A DNA stretch of 64,000 nucleotides from Octopus sinensis (lineage: Eukaryota): contig NC_043026.1 of NCBI RefSeq assembly GCF_006345805.1, positions 9,982,001 through 10,046,000 of the forward strand, given 5' to 3'. Within the stretch, counting starts at the first letter, position 1. Each line of letters begins with the position of its first letter. Below the pieces are notes generated by a model. It worked only from the letters and a program-made list of their open reading frames with translations. It was not told the DNA's origin and did no database searches. The position numbers were made by a program, and so were the translations under genes. Positions 10,006 to 26,993 of the stretch are shown one piece after another.

Positions 10006-10393
10006 CAGGAGTGGCTGTGTGGTAAGTAGCTTGCTAACCAACCACATGGTTGCGGGTTCAGTCCCACTGCGTGGCATCTTGGGCAAGTGTCTTCTGCTAT
10101 AGCCCCGGGCCGACCAATGCCTTGTGAGTAGATTTGGTAGACGGAAACTGAAAGAAGCCTGTCATATATATGTATATATATATATGTGTGTCTGTGTTTG
10201 TCCCCCTAGCATGGCTTGACAACCGATGCTGGTGTGTCTACGTCCCCGCCACTTAGCGGTTCGGCAAAAGAGGCCGATAGAATAAGTACTGGGCTTACAA
10301 AGAATAAGTTCTGGGGTCGATTTGATCGACTAAAGGCGGTGTTCCAGTATGGCCGCAGTCAAATGACTGAAACAAGTAAAAGAGTAAAGAGTA
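10006..10393 (+). mobile_element. tRNA-derived SINE (GGAGTGGCTGTGTGGTAAG family)
   Basis: A-box TGGCTGTGTGG, B-box GGTTCAGTCCC, CORE-like CTTGGGCAAGTGTCTT, internal (TA)n, tail TGACTGAAACAAGTAAAAGAGT. Confidence 0.85.
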
Positions 10394-10863
10394 AAAAAAG
10401 AGTATACAGCTCAGTTCTTAGGTTAAATGTTTATTTCTACTGTTTATCTCAATAGAAATGAATCTGTATGTTTTAAGTAGCCTCGACATCTTACACTGTT
10501 GTTTCTCTATATTTTCAGACAACATCGATGTAACAGAAAATGCTTCCTCAATATCTACCATGTTTCAAAGACTAAAAGAATACATACAAAACAGATGTAT
10601 GACATTATTTTTTTCAAATCTGTGGAGAATGCCTGTGAAACATTTGCTCTGAAATAATATTATTAGCAAAATTTCTGAACATCACCGATTGATGTCTCAA
10701 GAAGAGGAGCCCGTGTGCTGATTAGAGTTGGATAAATTTGTGTAAATGTTGCTAAATAAAGGTAACACTGGACAAAAATACAGCAGAAGAACTGTTTGCA
10801 AGAAATAAAGTATAAAAACAAGAAGAAGAAAAATATATAAACTGGGATTTGAGAGATAAAGTA

Positions 10864-12264
10864 ATGGAAAAGAGTGAGAAAAGTATAGAATTGATAAAAG
10901 AGATAAGATCATACAACTGTGATATCTGTACAAAGTCTTTCTTTCAAAAAACTAACCTACTAATGCACAAACGTACTCATTCAGGAGAGAAACCACATCA
11001 CTGTGATATCTGTGGTAAATCCTTCTCTCAAACCAGTAACTTAACTAGACACATACGTATTCATACAGGAGAGAAACCATATCATTGTGATATCTGTGGT
11101 AAATCATTCTCTAACGATGGAGACTTAGCAAAGCACAAACATATTCATACAGGTGAGAAACCATACTGTTGCAATATCTGTGGTGAATCATTCTCTCATA
11201 ATAATATCTTAAATACACATAAACGTATTCATACAGGAGAGAAACCATATCACTGTGATATCTGTGGTAAATCTTTTTCACAAAACGGTAACTTAACTAA
11301 ACACATACGTATTCATACAGGAGAGAAACCATATCATTGTGATATCTGTGGAAAATCGTTCTTTGACAATAGTGGCTTAGCAAAGCACAGACGTATTCAT
11401 ACAGGTGAGAAACCATATCATTGTGATGTCTGTGGTAAATTTTTCTCTCGTAATAGTATCTTAACTACTCATGAACATATTCATACAGGAGAGAAACCAT
11501 GCTATTGTGATATCTGTGGTAAATCTTTCTCTCAAAATAGTACCTTACTTACACATAAACGTATACATACAGGAGAGAAACCATATCATTGTGATATTTG
11601 TGATAAATCGTTCTTTGACAAAAGTGGCTTGATAAAGCACAGACGTATTCATACTGGAGAGAAGCCTTATCACTGTGATATCTGTGGTAAATCATTCTCT
11701 CACAAAGGTGGCTTAGCAAATCACAGACATATTCATACAGGAGAGAAGCCTTATCATTGTGATATCTGTGGTAAATCATTCTCTCAAAATATTACCTTAA
11801 CTATACATAAGCATATTCATACAGGAGAGAAACCATATCAATGTGATATCTGTGGTAAATCATTCTCTCACAAAAGTGGCTTAGCAAAGCACAGACATAT
11901 TCATACTGGAGAGAAGCCTTATCATTGTGATATCTGTGGTAAATCATTCTCTCAAAATATTACCTTAACTATACATAAACGTATTCATACAGGAGAGAAA
12001 CCATATCATTGTGATATCTGTGGTAAATCATTCTCTCGTAATAGTATCTTAGCTACACATGAACATATTCATACAGGAGAGAAACCATGTCATTGTGATA
12101 TCTGTGGTAAATCATTCGCTCAAAATAGTACCTTAATTTCACATAAACGTGTTCATACAGGAGAGAAGCCTTATCACTGTGATATTTGTGGTAAATCATT
12201 CTCTGACAACAGTGGCTTAACAAAGCACAAATATATTCATATAGGGAAGAAGGGAAAAGGGTAG
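10864..12264 (+). CDS. ZNF2: C2H2 zinc-finger protein, 16 fingers, C-terminal IGKKGKG tail
   Basis: Uninterrupted ORF from ATG 10864 (MEKSEK); 16 canonical fingers. Confidence 0.93.
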   Translation: MEKSEKSIELIKEIRSYNCDICTKSFFQKTNLLMHKRTHSGEKPHHCDICGKSFSQTSNLTRHIRIHTGEKPYHCDICGKSFSNDGDLAKHKHIHTGEKPYCCNICGESFSHNNILNTHKRIHTGEKPYHCDICGKSFSQNGNLTKHIRIHTGEKPYHCDICGKSFFDNSGLAKHRRIHTGEKPYHCDVCGKFFSRNSILTTHEHIHTGEKPCYCDICGKSFSQNSTLLTHKRIHTGEKPYHCDICDKSFFDKSGLIKHRRIHTGEKPYHCDICGKSFSHKGGLANHRHIHTGEKPYHCDICGKSFSQNITLTIHKHIHTGEKPYQCDICGKSFSHKSGLAKHRHIHTGEKPYHCDICGKSFSQNITLTIHKRIHTGEKPYHCDICGKSFSRNSILATHEHIHTGEKPCHCDICGKSFAQNSTLISHKRVHTGEKPYHCDICGKSFSDNSGLTKHKYIHIGKKGKG

Positions 12265-12681
12265 TTTCTAGTTTACTATATATTTATAATATTCCTCTGA
12301 TTTATACAATGGATATTCCTAAAACTTTTAGATTTTTTTTGGTTTTTGTAATTTTCACATTTGTTTCCATGGTGTAAGGAACTCTGTACCAAAACTCTTC
12401 CCCCTCCTGTCAACCCTTCACATGATTCTTTATTGAATTACGCATCCTCACATTTTGTTCATTGTTTATCTTTTAAATGCTTCACTCAATAAATATGTTA
12501 TACAATAACTTACTTTATGGCTTTTTCATGACTAGAAACATTGTAATCCCTTGCCATATTGGGGTTCACCTATGGCGGTTTATTATTTAAGCTTATGTCA
12601 ATTCCTCTGGGGTGTTGTGTTGCATTTATAATAAAATAAATATATACAAATTATAAAATTAATAATAAGAAGAAGAATATA

Positions 12682-12765
12682 CAGTACAGTAGGTTTCTAC
12701 TTTGCATATTTTCACTCATCATGGGGTTTTGGGATGTAACACCTGCGATAGTTGATGGATTACTG
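12682..12765. mobile_element. Possible Tc1/pogo (Tigger-like) remnant downstream of ZNF2 (also after ZNF3 and ZNF6)
   Basis: Right end CCTGCGATAGTTGATGGATTACTG|TA resembles a CAGTAATCC...TATCGC TIR; left end TA|CAGTA. Confidence 0.35.
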
Positions 12766-12899
12766 TATGTAGTCAAACAATAACCTAAGTACAAAACGAG
12801 AGACCATATTGTGCCATCTGATTACCACTTGTTCTTGTCTCTACAGAACTCATTGCAAAGAAAAACATTGAATGATTTAGATGGAGTCAAAAATGCATC

Positions 12900-13279
12900 T
12901 GTTTCAGTCATTTGACTGCGGCCATGCTGGAGCACTGCCTTTGGTCAAGCAAATTGACCCCAGGACTTATTCTTTGTAAGCCTTGTACTTATCCTATCGG
13001 TCTCTTTTGCAGAAGTGCTAAGTGACGGGGACGTAAACTCACCAGCATCTGTTGTCAAGCAATGCTAGGGGGACAGACACAGACACACAAACATACATAT
13101 ACATATATATATACATATATACGACAGGCTTCTTTCAGTTTCCCTCTACCAAATCCACTCACAAGGCTTTGGTCGGCCCAAGGCTATAGTACAAGACACT
13201 TGCCCAAGATGCCACGCAGTGGGACTGAACCCAGAACCATGTGGTTAGTAAGCAAGCTACTTACCACACAGCCACTCCT
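12900..13279 (-). mobile_element. SINE, same family as 10006-10393
   Basis: Reverse complement aligns end to end with 10006-10393. Confidence 0.85.
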
Positions 13280-13522
13280 ACACCTAGATAGGATACCTTT
13301 TTTTCAAAACCAGTCAAAGAAACATTTGGTCTGGCATGTTCTTGTTGGAACACTACCCACTTTCCTGTTGGGAATGTTGACCCTCAATTCTTTGAATCTT
13401 TGGTTGAAATTAGCCAGCTGATGACAGTATTCATAAGAACTAATGGTCTAGGTGTATTGAGAAAATTCTATAGTTTGTATTATATTTGTTGTTTTTTTTC
13501 TTCAATTTCTGCAATTTCAACC

Positions 13523-13942
13523 AGATCTTTTCGGTTTGAACGGCAGTTTTTTCTAGCGGTGTCATATGAAATTGTCACCCCTAATTATGACCCTAGTATC
13601 GATCTATTGCATTTCAATGTGTTTTAAGGTTAGATTTAGTTAGGGGTGGGGGAAGGGTATCTTTTTTTCTTCACAAATGTAAATAAACCCAATCTGTTTC
13701 TTAAACGAGGGACATATTCATACGGCACAGAAAGTTTTTACTTCAATGGACGTCATTGATTGGTTGAAATTGCAGAAATTGAGAGAAAACAATACAAATA
13801 TCTTAGAAACTATAGAATTTTCTCAATAAAGCCTTGAGAAAAAGATGTTTTATAAACAAATTCTACCAGTATACGAAGGTTAAAAGTGTTTAGTTACGTG
13901 CAAATTATATTAAAGAAAGTGCCGGTCAAACCGAAAAGCTCC
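13523..13942. mobile_element. GGATCTTTTCGG MITE, preceded by a ~70-bp inverted fragment of the same family
   Basis: Reverse complement of 7792-8217; TIRs AGATCTTTTCGG and CCGAAAAGCTCC. Confidence 0.85.
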
Positions 13943-14023
13943 TAAATGAGTTGTAATGGAACGGGTGTGTTAGATAAGAAGGCGGTATGACTCGACCAAA
14001 GAGAAAAGTACATCAGCTGCATA

Positions 14024-14225
14024 AAGGGAGATAAACAAGGGAAAATAGTCGAGAGAAGAAGTACGCATGCGCGTTGAATGCATTTTGGTATCTTATTAAA
14101 CGTCTTGATCCCTGAATTTCTTTGAAATCAGCTGATAATGCTTATTATACGGTCTTATAATGCATTCCTCAACTACCAGAAACACACATACATAACACTA
14201 TCCTTTGTTAAACATTGCCGTAAGT
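14024..14225 (+). promoter_or_regulatory. Putative promoter and exon 1 of ZNF3 (type A)
   Basis: AAGGGAGATAA 14024-14034, ACGCATGCGC 14063-14072, GTAAGT 14220-14225; acceptor ends at 15029. Confidence 0.65.
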
Positions 14226-14306
14226 ATTAATGAAATTATTCAATGTTTTTAAGTCTGTAGACCTTTGGTTTTTCGCCTGTCGATTATTTGTTTCGCTTCC
14301 ACCTTC

Positions 14307-14535
14307 GAGATTTGGCTGCTATTTCTAGCTTTGAAAGAGAGCTGTCACTGATTTGTTCGAGATTTGACTGCTATTTCTAGCTATGAAAGATAGTTATCAC
14401 TGATTTGTTCGAGATTTGGCTGCTATTTCTAGCTTTGAAAGAGAGTTATCACTGATTTGTAAGAGATTTGGCTGTTATTTCTAGCTATGAAACAGAACTG
14501 TCACTGATTTGTTCGAGATTTGGCTGCTATTTCCA
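14307..14535 (+). repeat. Intron-1 minisatellite, 52-bp unit, ~4.5 copies
   Basis: GAGATTTGGCTGCTATTTCTAGC at 52-bp spacing. Confidence 0.95.
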
Positions 14536-15370
14536 GCACGGACGAAACCTTCTACAGACTCCCTTGTTGCCATGTTAGTTTGTAACATTAACCTTTTGTT
14601 GTGTTTTATTTTGAGAAATATTTTCTAATATGTTTTGTGTGTCGGTAGAAGGGTTTGTGTATTACACTGTTTGTATCTGTGTCTTTTTTAACTTTTTCTC
14701 TCTCACATTGTCTTTAGTTATCGTGTTGCATAGTGTGCTGGGTGTTATTGTTCCATTCACGTTTTCTGTTAAAGTTCAGTCCGTCTCTTGCTATATCTGT
14801 GAGCTCTGTGATCTGTCTCATTGTCATGCCTGTTCTATGCATTGATAACACCTCAACATCTATCTTGTTAACCAAGCTCCTATTTTCTAATTGAGCATAT
14901 TAATAGAGTACTGATAAGGTTTTCTCTCCTTTACTTCCTGCCATTGTTCATCTATCTGCTCCCCTATGTTAAATACCAGCTGAATCTGTCGCCTCTACAT
15001 CTTACACTGCTCTTTCTATATCATTTCAGAACATCAGATGACACTGGCATAACAGAAGAAACATCCTCAATACCTACCACGTTTTAAGGACTAAAGGAAA
15101 ATATTATACAAAATAGATGTATCAGATTGCTTCTACAATTCTGAGATAGAGGCCCTGTAAAACATTTACTCTGAGCTGGTATCATTAACCAAATTTCTGA
15201 ACATCACTGACTGGAGTATCAAGAAGAGGACCTTGTATGCTGATTAAACTTGGATAAGTGTATCTAAGTGTTGCTAGACAAAAGTAACACTGAGCACAGA
15301 TAGAAAAGTAGAAGTTTATGTAAGGAATAAAAAGGAAGAAAAACTTATATGTTGTGATTTGCAGGGGAAA

Positions 15371-17047
15371 ATGATGGAAAAGAGTGAAAAAGTTGAAGAA
15401 CTGATTTCACCTGAACACATAAAAGAGATGAGAAAATTGTCGTATGACTGTGACATTTGTAAAAAGGTCTTCTCCGTAAAATGTAACCTGATTTCCCACA
15501 GACGTATTCATGCAGGGGAAAAACCATATCAGTGTGAGATCTGTGGTAAATCATTCTCTGACCAAAGTGCCTTGACTTCACATGAAGGTCTTCATACAAA
15601 GAAAAAGCCTTATCACTGTGATGTCTGTGATAAATCATTTTCTCTAAGTTGTAATTTATCTGCACACAAGCGTATTCGTACAGGAGAGAAACCATATCAT
15701 TGTGAGAACTGTAGTGAATCATTCTCTGATTGGAGTGCCCTGGTTTCACACAAGCGTATTCATACAGGAGAGAAACCATATTATTGTAACATCTGTGGTT
15801 CATCATTCTCTCGGAGTTATTGCTTAACTACACACATACGTATTCATACAGGTGAGAAGCCATATCGTTGTGGTATCTGTGGTAAATCGTTCTCTAGTAA
15901 TCATCAATTAACTATACACAAACGTTTTCATACAGATGAAAAACCATATCATTGTGATATCTGTGGCAAATCATTCTCTGCAAGTAGTGTGTTAACTAGA
16001 CACAAGCGTATTCATACAGGAGAGAAACCATATCACTGTGAGATCTGTGGTAAATCATTCTCTCACAACCATGATTTAACTATGCACAAACGTATTCATA
16101 CAGGAGAAAAGCCATATCAATGTGATGTCTGTGGTAAATCATTCTCCCAGAGTAGTGCCATAACTCGACACAAACGTACACATACAGGAGAGAAACCATA
16201 TCATTGTGATATTTGTGGTAAATCATTCTCTTCAAATAGTGAGTTAGTGCAACACAAACGAATTCATACAGGAGAGAAACCATATCGTTGTGATATCTGT
16301 GGTAAATCATTTTCTCAGAGTTATAACTTAACTAATCACAGGCATATTCATACAGGAGAGAAACCATATCATTGTGATATCTGTGGTAAATCATTCTCTC
16401 GTAATCATGGTTTAACTACGCACAAACGTATTCATACAGGAGAGAAACCGTATCACTGTGATATCTGTGGTAAATCATTCCCTGAAAGTAGATTGTTAAC
16501 TACACACGAGCGTATTCATACAGGAGAGACACCATATCACTGTGATATCTGTGGCAAATCATTCTCTGAAAGTCCTGCCTTAACTATACATAAGCATATT
16601 CATAGACCAGGGAAACCTTATCTCTGTGATATCTGTGGTAAATCATTCTCTCACAAATGTGGCTTAGCAAATCACAGATATATTCATACAGGAGAAAAAC
16701 CATATCACTGTGATATCTGTGGTAAATCATTCTCTCAAAATAGTACCTTAACTAGACATAAACGTATTCATACAGGAGAGAAACCGTATCATTGTAATAT
16801 CTGTGGAGAAACATTCTCTGAGAATCGTATCTTAACTGCGCATAAACGTATTCATACAGGAGAGAAGCCATTTCACTGTGATATCTGTGGTAAATCATTC
16901 GCTCAAAATAGTACCTTAATTTCACATAAACATGTTCATACAGGAGAGAAGCCATTTCACTGTGATATTTGTGGTAAATCATTCTCTGGCAACAGTGGCT
17001 TAACAAAGCACAAATATATTCATATATGGAAGAAAGGAAAAGGGTAG
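15371..17047 (+). CDS. ZNF3: C2H2 zinc-finger protein, 19 fingers (finger 3 lacks its last His)
   Basis: Uninterrupted ORF from ATG 15371 ([11 protein letters not shown]); ends IWKKGKG. Confidence 0.93.
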   Translation: MMEKSEKVEELISPEHIKEMRKLSYDCDICKKVFSVKCNLISHRRIHAGEKPYQCEICGKSFSDQSALTSHEGLHTKKKPYHCDVCDKSFSLSCNLSAHKRIRTGEKPYHCENCSESFSDWSALVSHKRIHTGEKPYYCNICGSSFSRSYCLTTHIRIHTGEKPYRCGICGKSFSSNHQLTIHKRFHTDEKPYHCDICGKSFSASSVLTRHKRIHTGEKPYHCEICGKSFSHNHDLTMHKRIHTGEKPYQCDVCGKSFSQSSAITRHKRTHTGEKPYHCDICGKSFSSNSELVQHKRIHTGEKPYRCDICGKSFSQSYNLTNHRHIHTGEKPYHCDICGKSFSRNHGLTTHKRIHTGEKPYHCDICGKSFPESRLLTTHERIHTGETPYHCDICGKSFSESPALTIHKHIHRPGKPYLCDICGKSFSHKCGLANHRYIHTGEKPYHCDICGKSFSQNSTLTRHKRIHTGEKPYHCNICGETFSENRILTAHKRIHTGEKPFHCDICGKSFAQNSTLISHKHVHTGEKPFHCDICGKSFSGNSGLTKHKYIHIWKKGKG

Positions 17048-17680
17048 TTTCTAGTTTACTATATATTTATAATATTCCTCTGATTTATACAATGGAAGTT
17101 TCCAAATCTTTTAGATTTTTTTTTGTTTTTGTAATTTTCACATTTTATTCCATGGTGTAAGGAACTCTGTACCAAAACTCTTCCTCCTCCTGTCAACCCT
17201 TCACATGATTCTTTATTGAATTACGCATCCTCACATTTTGTTCATTGTTTATCTTTTAAATGCTTCACTCAATAAATATGTTATACAATAACTTACTTTA
17301 TGGCTTTTTCGTGACTAGAAATATTGTAATCCCTTGCCATATTGGGGTTCACCTATGGCGGTTTATTATTTAAGCTTACGTCAATTCCTCTGGGGTGTTG
17401 TGTTGCATTTATAATAAAATAAATATATACAAATTATAAAATTAATAATAAGAAGAAGAATATACAGTACAGTATGTTTCTACTTTGCATATTTTCACTC
17501 ATCATGGGGTTTTGGGATGTAAACCTGCGATAGTCGATGGATTACTGTATGTAGACAAACAATAACCCAAGTACAAAACGAGAGACCATATTGTGCCATC
17601 TGAATACCACTTGTTCTTGTCTCTACAGAACTCATTGCAAAGAAAAACATTCAATGATATAGATGGAGTCAAAATGCATC

Positions 17681-18060
17681 TGTTTCAATCATTTGACTGC
17701 GGCCATGCTGGAGCACTGCCTTTGGTCAAGCAAATTGACCCCAGGACTTATTCTTTGTAAGCCTTGTACTTATCCTATCTGTCTCTTTTGCAGAAGTGCT
17801 AAGTGACGGGGACGTAAACTCACCAGCATCTGTTGTCAAGCAATGCTAGGGAGACAAACACAGACACACAAACATACATATACATATATATATACATATA
17901 TACGACAGGCTTCTTTCAGTTTCCCTCTACCAAATCCACTCACAAGGCTTTGGTCGGCCCAAGGCTATAGTACAAGACACTTGCCCAAGATGCCACGCAG
18001 TGGGACTGAACCCAGAACCATGTGGTGAGTAAGCAAGCTACTTACCACACAGACACTCCT
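17681..18060 (-). mobile_element. SINE, duplicate of 12900-13279
   Basis: Near-identical sequence and position relative to the ZNF stop. Confidence 0.85.
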
Positions 18061-18303
18061 ACGCCTAGATAAGATACCTTTTTTTCAAAACCAGTCAAAG
18101 AAATATTTGATCTAGCATGTTCTTGTTGGAACACTACCCACTTTCCTGTTGGGAATGTTGACCCTCAATTCTTTGAATCTTTGGTTGAAATTAGCCAGCT
18201 GATGACAGTATTCATAAGAACTAATGGTCTGGCTGTATTGAGAAAATTCTTTAGTTTGTATTATATTTGTTGTTTTTTTTCTTCAATTTCTGCAATTTCA
18301 ACC

Positions 18304-18725
18304 AGATATTTTCGGTTTGAACGGCAGTTTTTTCTAGCGGTGTCATATGAAATTGTCACCCCTAATTATGACCCTAGTATCGATCTATTGCATTTCAATG
18401 TGTTTTAAGGTTAGATTTAGTTAGGGGTGGGGGAAGGGTATCTTTTTTTCTTCACAAATGTAAATAAACCCAATCTGTTTCTTAAACGAGGGACATATTC
18501 ATACGGCACATAATGATTTTTACTTCAATGGACGTCATTAATCGGTTGAAATTGCAGAAATTGAAGAAAAAAGAACAACAAGTATCTTAGAAACTATAGA
18601 ATTTTCTCAATAAAGCCTTGAGAAAAAGATGTTTTATAAACAAATTCTACCAGTATACGAAGGTTAAAAGTGTTTAGTTACGTGGAAATTATATTAAAAA
18701 AGTGCCGGTCAAACGGAAAAGCTCC
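18304..18725. mobile_element. GGATCTTTTCGG MITE, duplicate of 13523-13942
   Basis: Near-identical sequence and flanks. Confidence 0.85.
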
Positions 18726-18806
18726 TAAATGAGTTGTAATGGAACGGGTGTGTTAGATAAGAAGGCGGTATGACTCGACCAGAGAGAAAAGTACATCAGC
18801 TGCATA

Positions 18807-19008
18807 AAGGGAGATAAACAAGGGAAAATAGTCGAGAGAGGAAGTACGCATGCGCGTTGAATGCATTTTGGTATCTTATTAAATGTCTTGATCCATGAAT
18901 TTCTTTGAAATCAGCTGATAATGCTTATTATACGGTCTTATAATGCATTCCTCAACTACCAGAAACACACATACATAACACTATCCTTTGTTAAACATTG
19001 CCGTAAGT
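18807..19008 (+). promoter_or_regulatory. Putative promoter and exon 1 of ZNF4 (type A)
   Basis: AAGGGAGATAA 18807, ACGCATGCGC 18846-18855, GTAAGT 19003-19008; acceptor ends at 20280. Confidence 0.65.
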
Positions 19009-19089
19009 ATTAATGAAATTATTCAATGTTTTTAAGTCTGTAGACGTTTGGTTTTTCGCCTGTCGATTATTTGTTTCGCTTCCAGGTTC

Positions 19090-19790
19090 GAGATTTGGCT
19101 GCTATTTCTAGCTTTGAAAGAGAGTTGTCACTGATTTGTTCGAGATTTGGCTGCTATTTCTAGCTTTGAAAGAGAGTTATCACTGATTTGTTCGAGATTT
19201 GGCTGCTATTTCTAGCTTTGAAAGAGAGCTGTCACTGATTTGTTAGAGATTTGGCTGCTATTTCTAGCTTTGAAAGAGAGTTATCACTGATTTGTTCGAG
19301 ATTTGGCTGCTATTTCTAGCTTTGAAAGAGAGCTGTCACTGATTTGTTAGAGATTTGGCTGCTATTTCTAGCTATGAAAGACAGTTATCACTGATTTGTT
19401 CGAGATTTGGCTGCTATTTCTAGTTTTGAAAGAGAGTTATCACTGATTTGTTCGAGATTTGGCTGCTATTTCTAGCTATGAAAGGAGTTATCACTGATTT
19501 GTTCGAGATTTGGCTGCTATTTCTAGCTATGAAAGAGAGTTGTCACTGATTTGTTCGAGATTTGGCTGCTATTTCTAGCTATGAAAGAGTGCTATCACTG
19601 ATTTGTTCGAGATTTGGCTGCTATTTCTAGCTATGAAAGAGAGTTATCACTGATTTGTTCGAGATTTGGCTGCTATTTCTAGCTATGAAAGAGTGCTATC
19701 ACTGATTTGTTCGAGATTTGGCTGCTATTTCTAGCTATGAAAGAGAGTTGTCACTGATTTGTTCGAGATTTAGCTGCTATTTCTAGCTAC
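19090..19790 (+). repeat. Intron-1 minisatellite, 52-bp unit, ~13.5 copies
   Basis: Units at 19090, 19142, 19194 and onward. Confidence 0.95.
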
Positions 19791-20621
19791 GGACGAAACC
19801 TTCTACAGACTCCCTTGTTGCCATGTTAGTTTGTAACATTAACCTTTTGTTGTGTTTTATTTTGAGAAATATTTTCTAATATGTTTTGTGTGTCGGTAGA
19901 AGGGTTTATGTATTACACTGTTGGTATCTGTGTCTTTTTTAACTTTTTCTCTCTCCCATTCTCTTTAGTTATCGTGTTGCATAGTGTGCTGGGTGTTATT
20001 GTTCCATTCACGTTTCCTGTTGAAGTTCAGTCTGTCTCTTGCTATATCTGTGAGCTCTGTGATCTGTCTCATTGTCATGCCTGTTCTATGCATTGATAAC
20101 ACCTCAACATCTATCTTGTTAACCAAGCTCCTATTTTCTTATTGAGCATATTAATTGAGTACTGATAAGGTTTTCTCTCCTTTACTTCCTGCCATTGTTC
20201 ATCTATCTGCTCCCCTATTTTAAATACCAGCTGAATCTGTAGCCTCTACATCTTACACTGCTCTTTCTATATCATTTCAGAACATCAGATGACACTGGCA
20301 TAACAGAAGAAACATCCTCAATACCTACCACGTTTTAAGGACTAAAGGAAAATATTATACAAAATAGATGTATCAGATTGCTTCTACAATTCTGAGATAG
20401 AGGCCCTGTAAAACATTTACTCTGAGCTGGTATCATTAACCAAATTTCTGGACATCACTGACTGGAGTATGAAGAAGAGGAGCTTGTATGCTGATTAAAC
20501 TTGGATAAGTGTATCTAAGTGTTGCTAGACAAAAGTAACACTGAGCACAAATAGAAAAGTAGAAGTTTATGTAAGGAATAAAAGGGAAGAAAAATTTATA
20601 CGTTGTGATTTGCAGGGGAAA

Positions 20622-22296
<1,675 letters not shown>

Positions 22297-22695
22297 TTTC
22301 TAGTTTACTATATATTTATAATATTCCTCTGATTTATTCAATGGAAGTTTCCAAAACTTTTAGATTTTTTTTTGTTTTTGTAATTTTCACATTTTATTCC
22401 ATGGTGTAAGGAACTCTGTACCAAAACTCTTCCCCCTCCTGTCAACCCTTCACATGATTCTTTATTGAATTACGCATCCTCACATTTTGTTCATTGTTTA
22501 TCTTTTAAATGCTTCACTCAATAAATATGTTATACAATAACTTACTTTATGGCTTTTTCATGACTAGAAATATTGTAATCCCTTGCCATATCGGGGTTCA
22601 CCTATGGCGGTTTATTATTTAAGCTTATGTCAATTCCTCTGTTGTGTTGCATTTATAATAAAATAAATATATACAAATTATAAAAATAATAATAA

Positions 22696-24930
<2,235 letters not shown>

Positions 24931-25316
24931 CTGGTAAATTATTCTCTCAAAATATTGTTTTAATGAAACACAATATTTTTACAGGAGAAAAAGCAAGAGA
25001 ATTGTTTACTGTTTGTTACGTACCTTTAACAATGCACCTCCACACACACACACACACATATATATGTAGTTTCAGAGTCGTTAAAAGCGCTTATATGAAG
25101 AAATAATATGTGATATGTAAATAAATATATATTTTTACAACCATCCAGCATTCTGAACACCATTTTTCTTTCATATACACACACACATATATATATATAA
25201 ATAAATAAAACATATGCATACATACATGTACGTACCTACCTCTACATGTATATATACATGCATATATGGGTACAGGACACCAAAAAAACGTCGCGAACAC
25301 AATGAGAAACGAAAAC

Positions 25317-26993
25317 CGATGAATCAACGATTTAAAAAAAATTTACCATATTTTTTTTTTTTTATTTTTTTTTTTTCCATTTTTTATGCATTTTTTGCTA
25401 TAACCTCTAAAAATGCTTATATAGTTATTTTCCCTTACAAACCCGAGCAAACGCCGGGCGATAGTGCTAGTAATTGAATATAAGTTTCTGAAAGTACATT
25501 TCAGGTGATGGAGATACTGATTATGTAGGAATTTTTTGAGAAGAGAAAAGTACAATTGAAGGGGATTATGGATATTTTGTACATTCGACTTTGTTTCCTC
25601 ATGCTTGTAGGTTTACAATTATGCAACTAAATAAATAAATAAGGTGGAGTTTGGGATCTTTTCGGTTTGAACGGCAGTTTGATTTCTGGCGGTTTCTAGT
25701 GCTTGATGCCCTTCCTAGTGCCAACCACTTCACAGAGTGTGCATTGTGCTTTTATGAGGAACGGCCACAAGTGCTTTTTGCCACCAGAAGGACGAGTCTT
25801 AACACTTCTGTAATGGAGTGCAGGTGTTCATGGGCATATCAAGGTGCAAGACATCTTGGTCTATTATGATGTCGCGTGAATAGTTCAGCATCCTGAGTCT
25901 GCTCTTCAGCACTTCATACCATGTCTTCCAGGACGTCCCACTCCTCATGTTCCTCTACTTTGAGAGATTGACACTTCTTTATGGAGATGTTGACAGGAGT
26001 GGCTGTGTGGTAAGTAGCTTGCTAACCAACCACATGGTTGCGGGTTCAGTCCCACTGCGTGGCATCTTGGGCAAGTGTCTTCTGCTATAGCCCCGGGCCG
26101 ACCAATGCCTTGTGAGTAGATTTGGTAGACGGAAACTGAAAGAAGCCTGTCATATATATGTATATATATATGTGTGTCTGTGTTTGTCCCCCTAGCATGG
26201 CTTGACAACCGATGCTGGTGTGTCTACGTCCCCGCCACTTAGCGGTTCGGCAAAAGAGGCCGATAGAATAAGTACTGGGCTACAAAGAATAAGTTCTGGG
26301 GTCGATTTGATCGACTAAAGGCGGTGTTCCAGTATGCCGCAGTCAAATGACTGAAACAAGTAAAAGAGTAAAGAGTAAAAAAAAGGTATACAGCTCAGTT
26401 CTTAGGTTAAATGTTTATTTCTACTGTTTATCTCAATAGAAATGAATCTGTATGTTTTAAGTAGCCTCGACATCTTACACTGTTGTTTCTCTATATTTTC
26501 AGACAACATCGATGTAACAGAAAATGCTTCCTCAATATCTACCATGTTTCAAAGACTAAAAGAATACATACAAAACATGTATGACATTATTTTTTTCAAA
26601 TCTGTGGAGAATGCCTGTGAAACATTTGCTCTGAAATAATATTATTAGCAAAATTTCTGAACATCACCGATTGATGTCTCAAGAAGAGGAGCCCGTGTGC
26701 TGATTAGAGTTGGATAAATTTGTGTAAATGTTGCTAAATAAAGGTAACACTGGACAAAAATACAGCAGAAGAACTGTTTGCAAGAAATAAAGTATAAAAA
26801 CAAGAAGAAGAAAAATATATAAACTGGGATTTGAGAGATAAAGTAATGGAAAAGAGTGAGAAAGTATGAATTGATAAAAGATAAGATCATACACTGTGAT
26901 ATCTGTACAAAGTCTTTCTTTCAAAAACTAACCTACTAATGCACAAACGTACTCATTCAGGAGAGAAACCACATCACTGTGATATCTGTGGTA
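25317..26993 (+). repeat. Copy of 9368-11017 (Helitron end, RTE fragment, SINE, ZNF2 acceptor, 5'UTR and first finger)
   Basis: Colinear near-identity with noisy indels; abrupt junctions at both ends. Confidence 0.9.
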
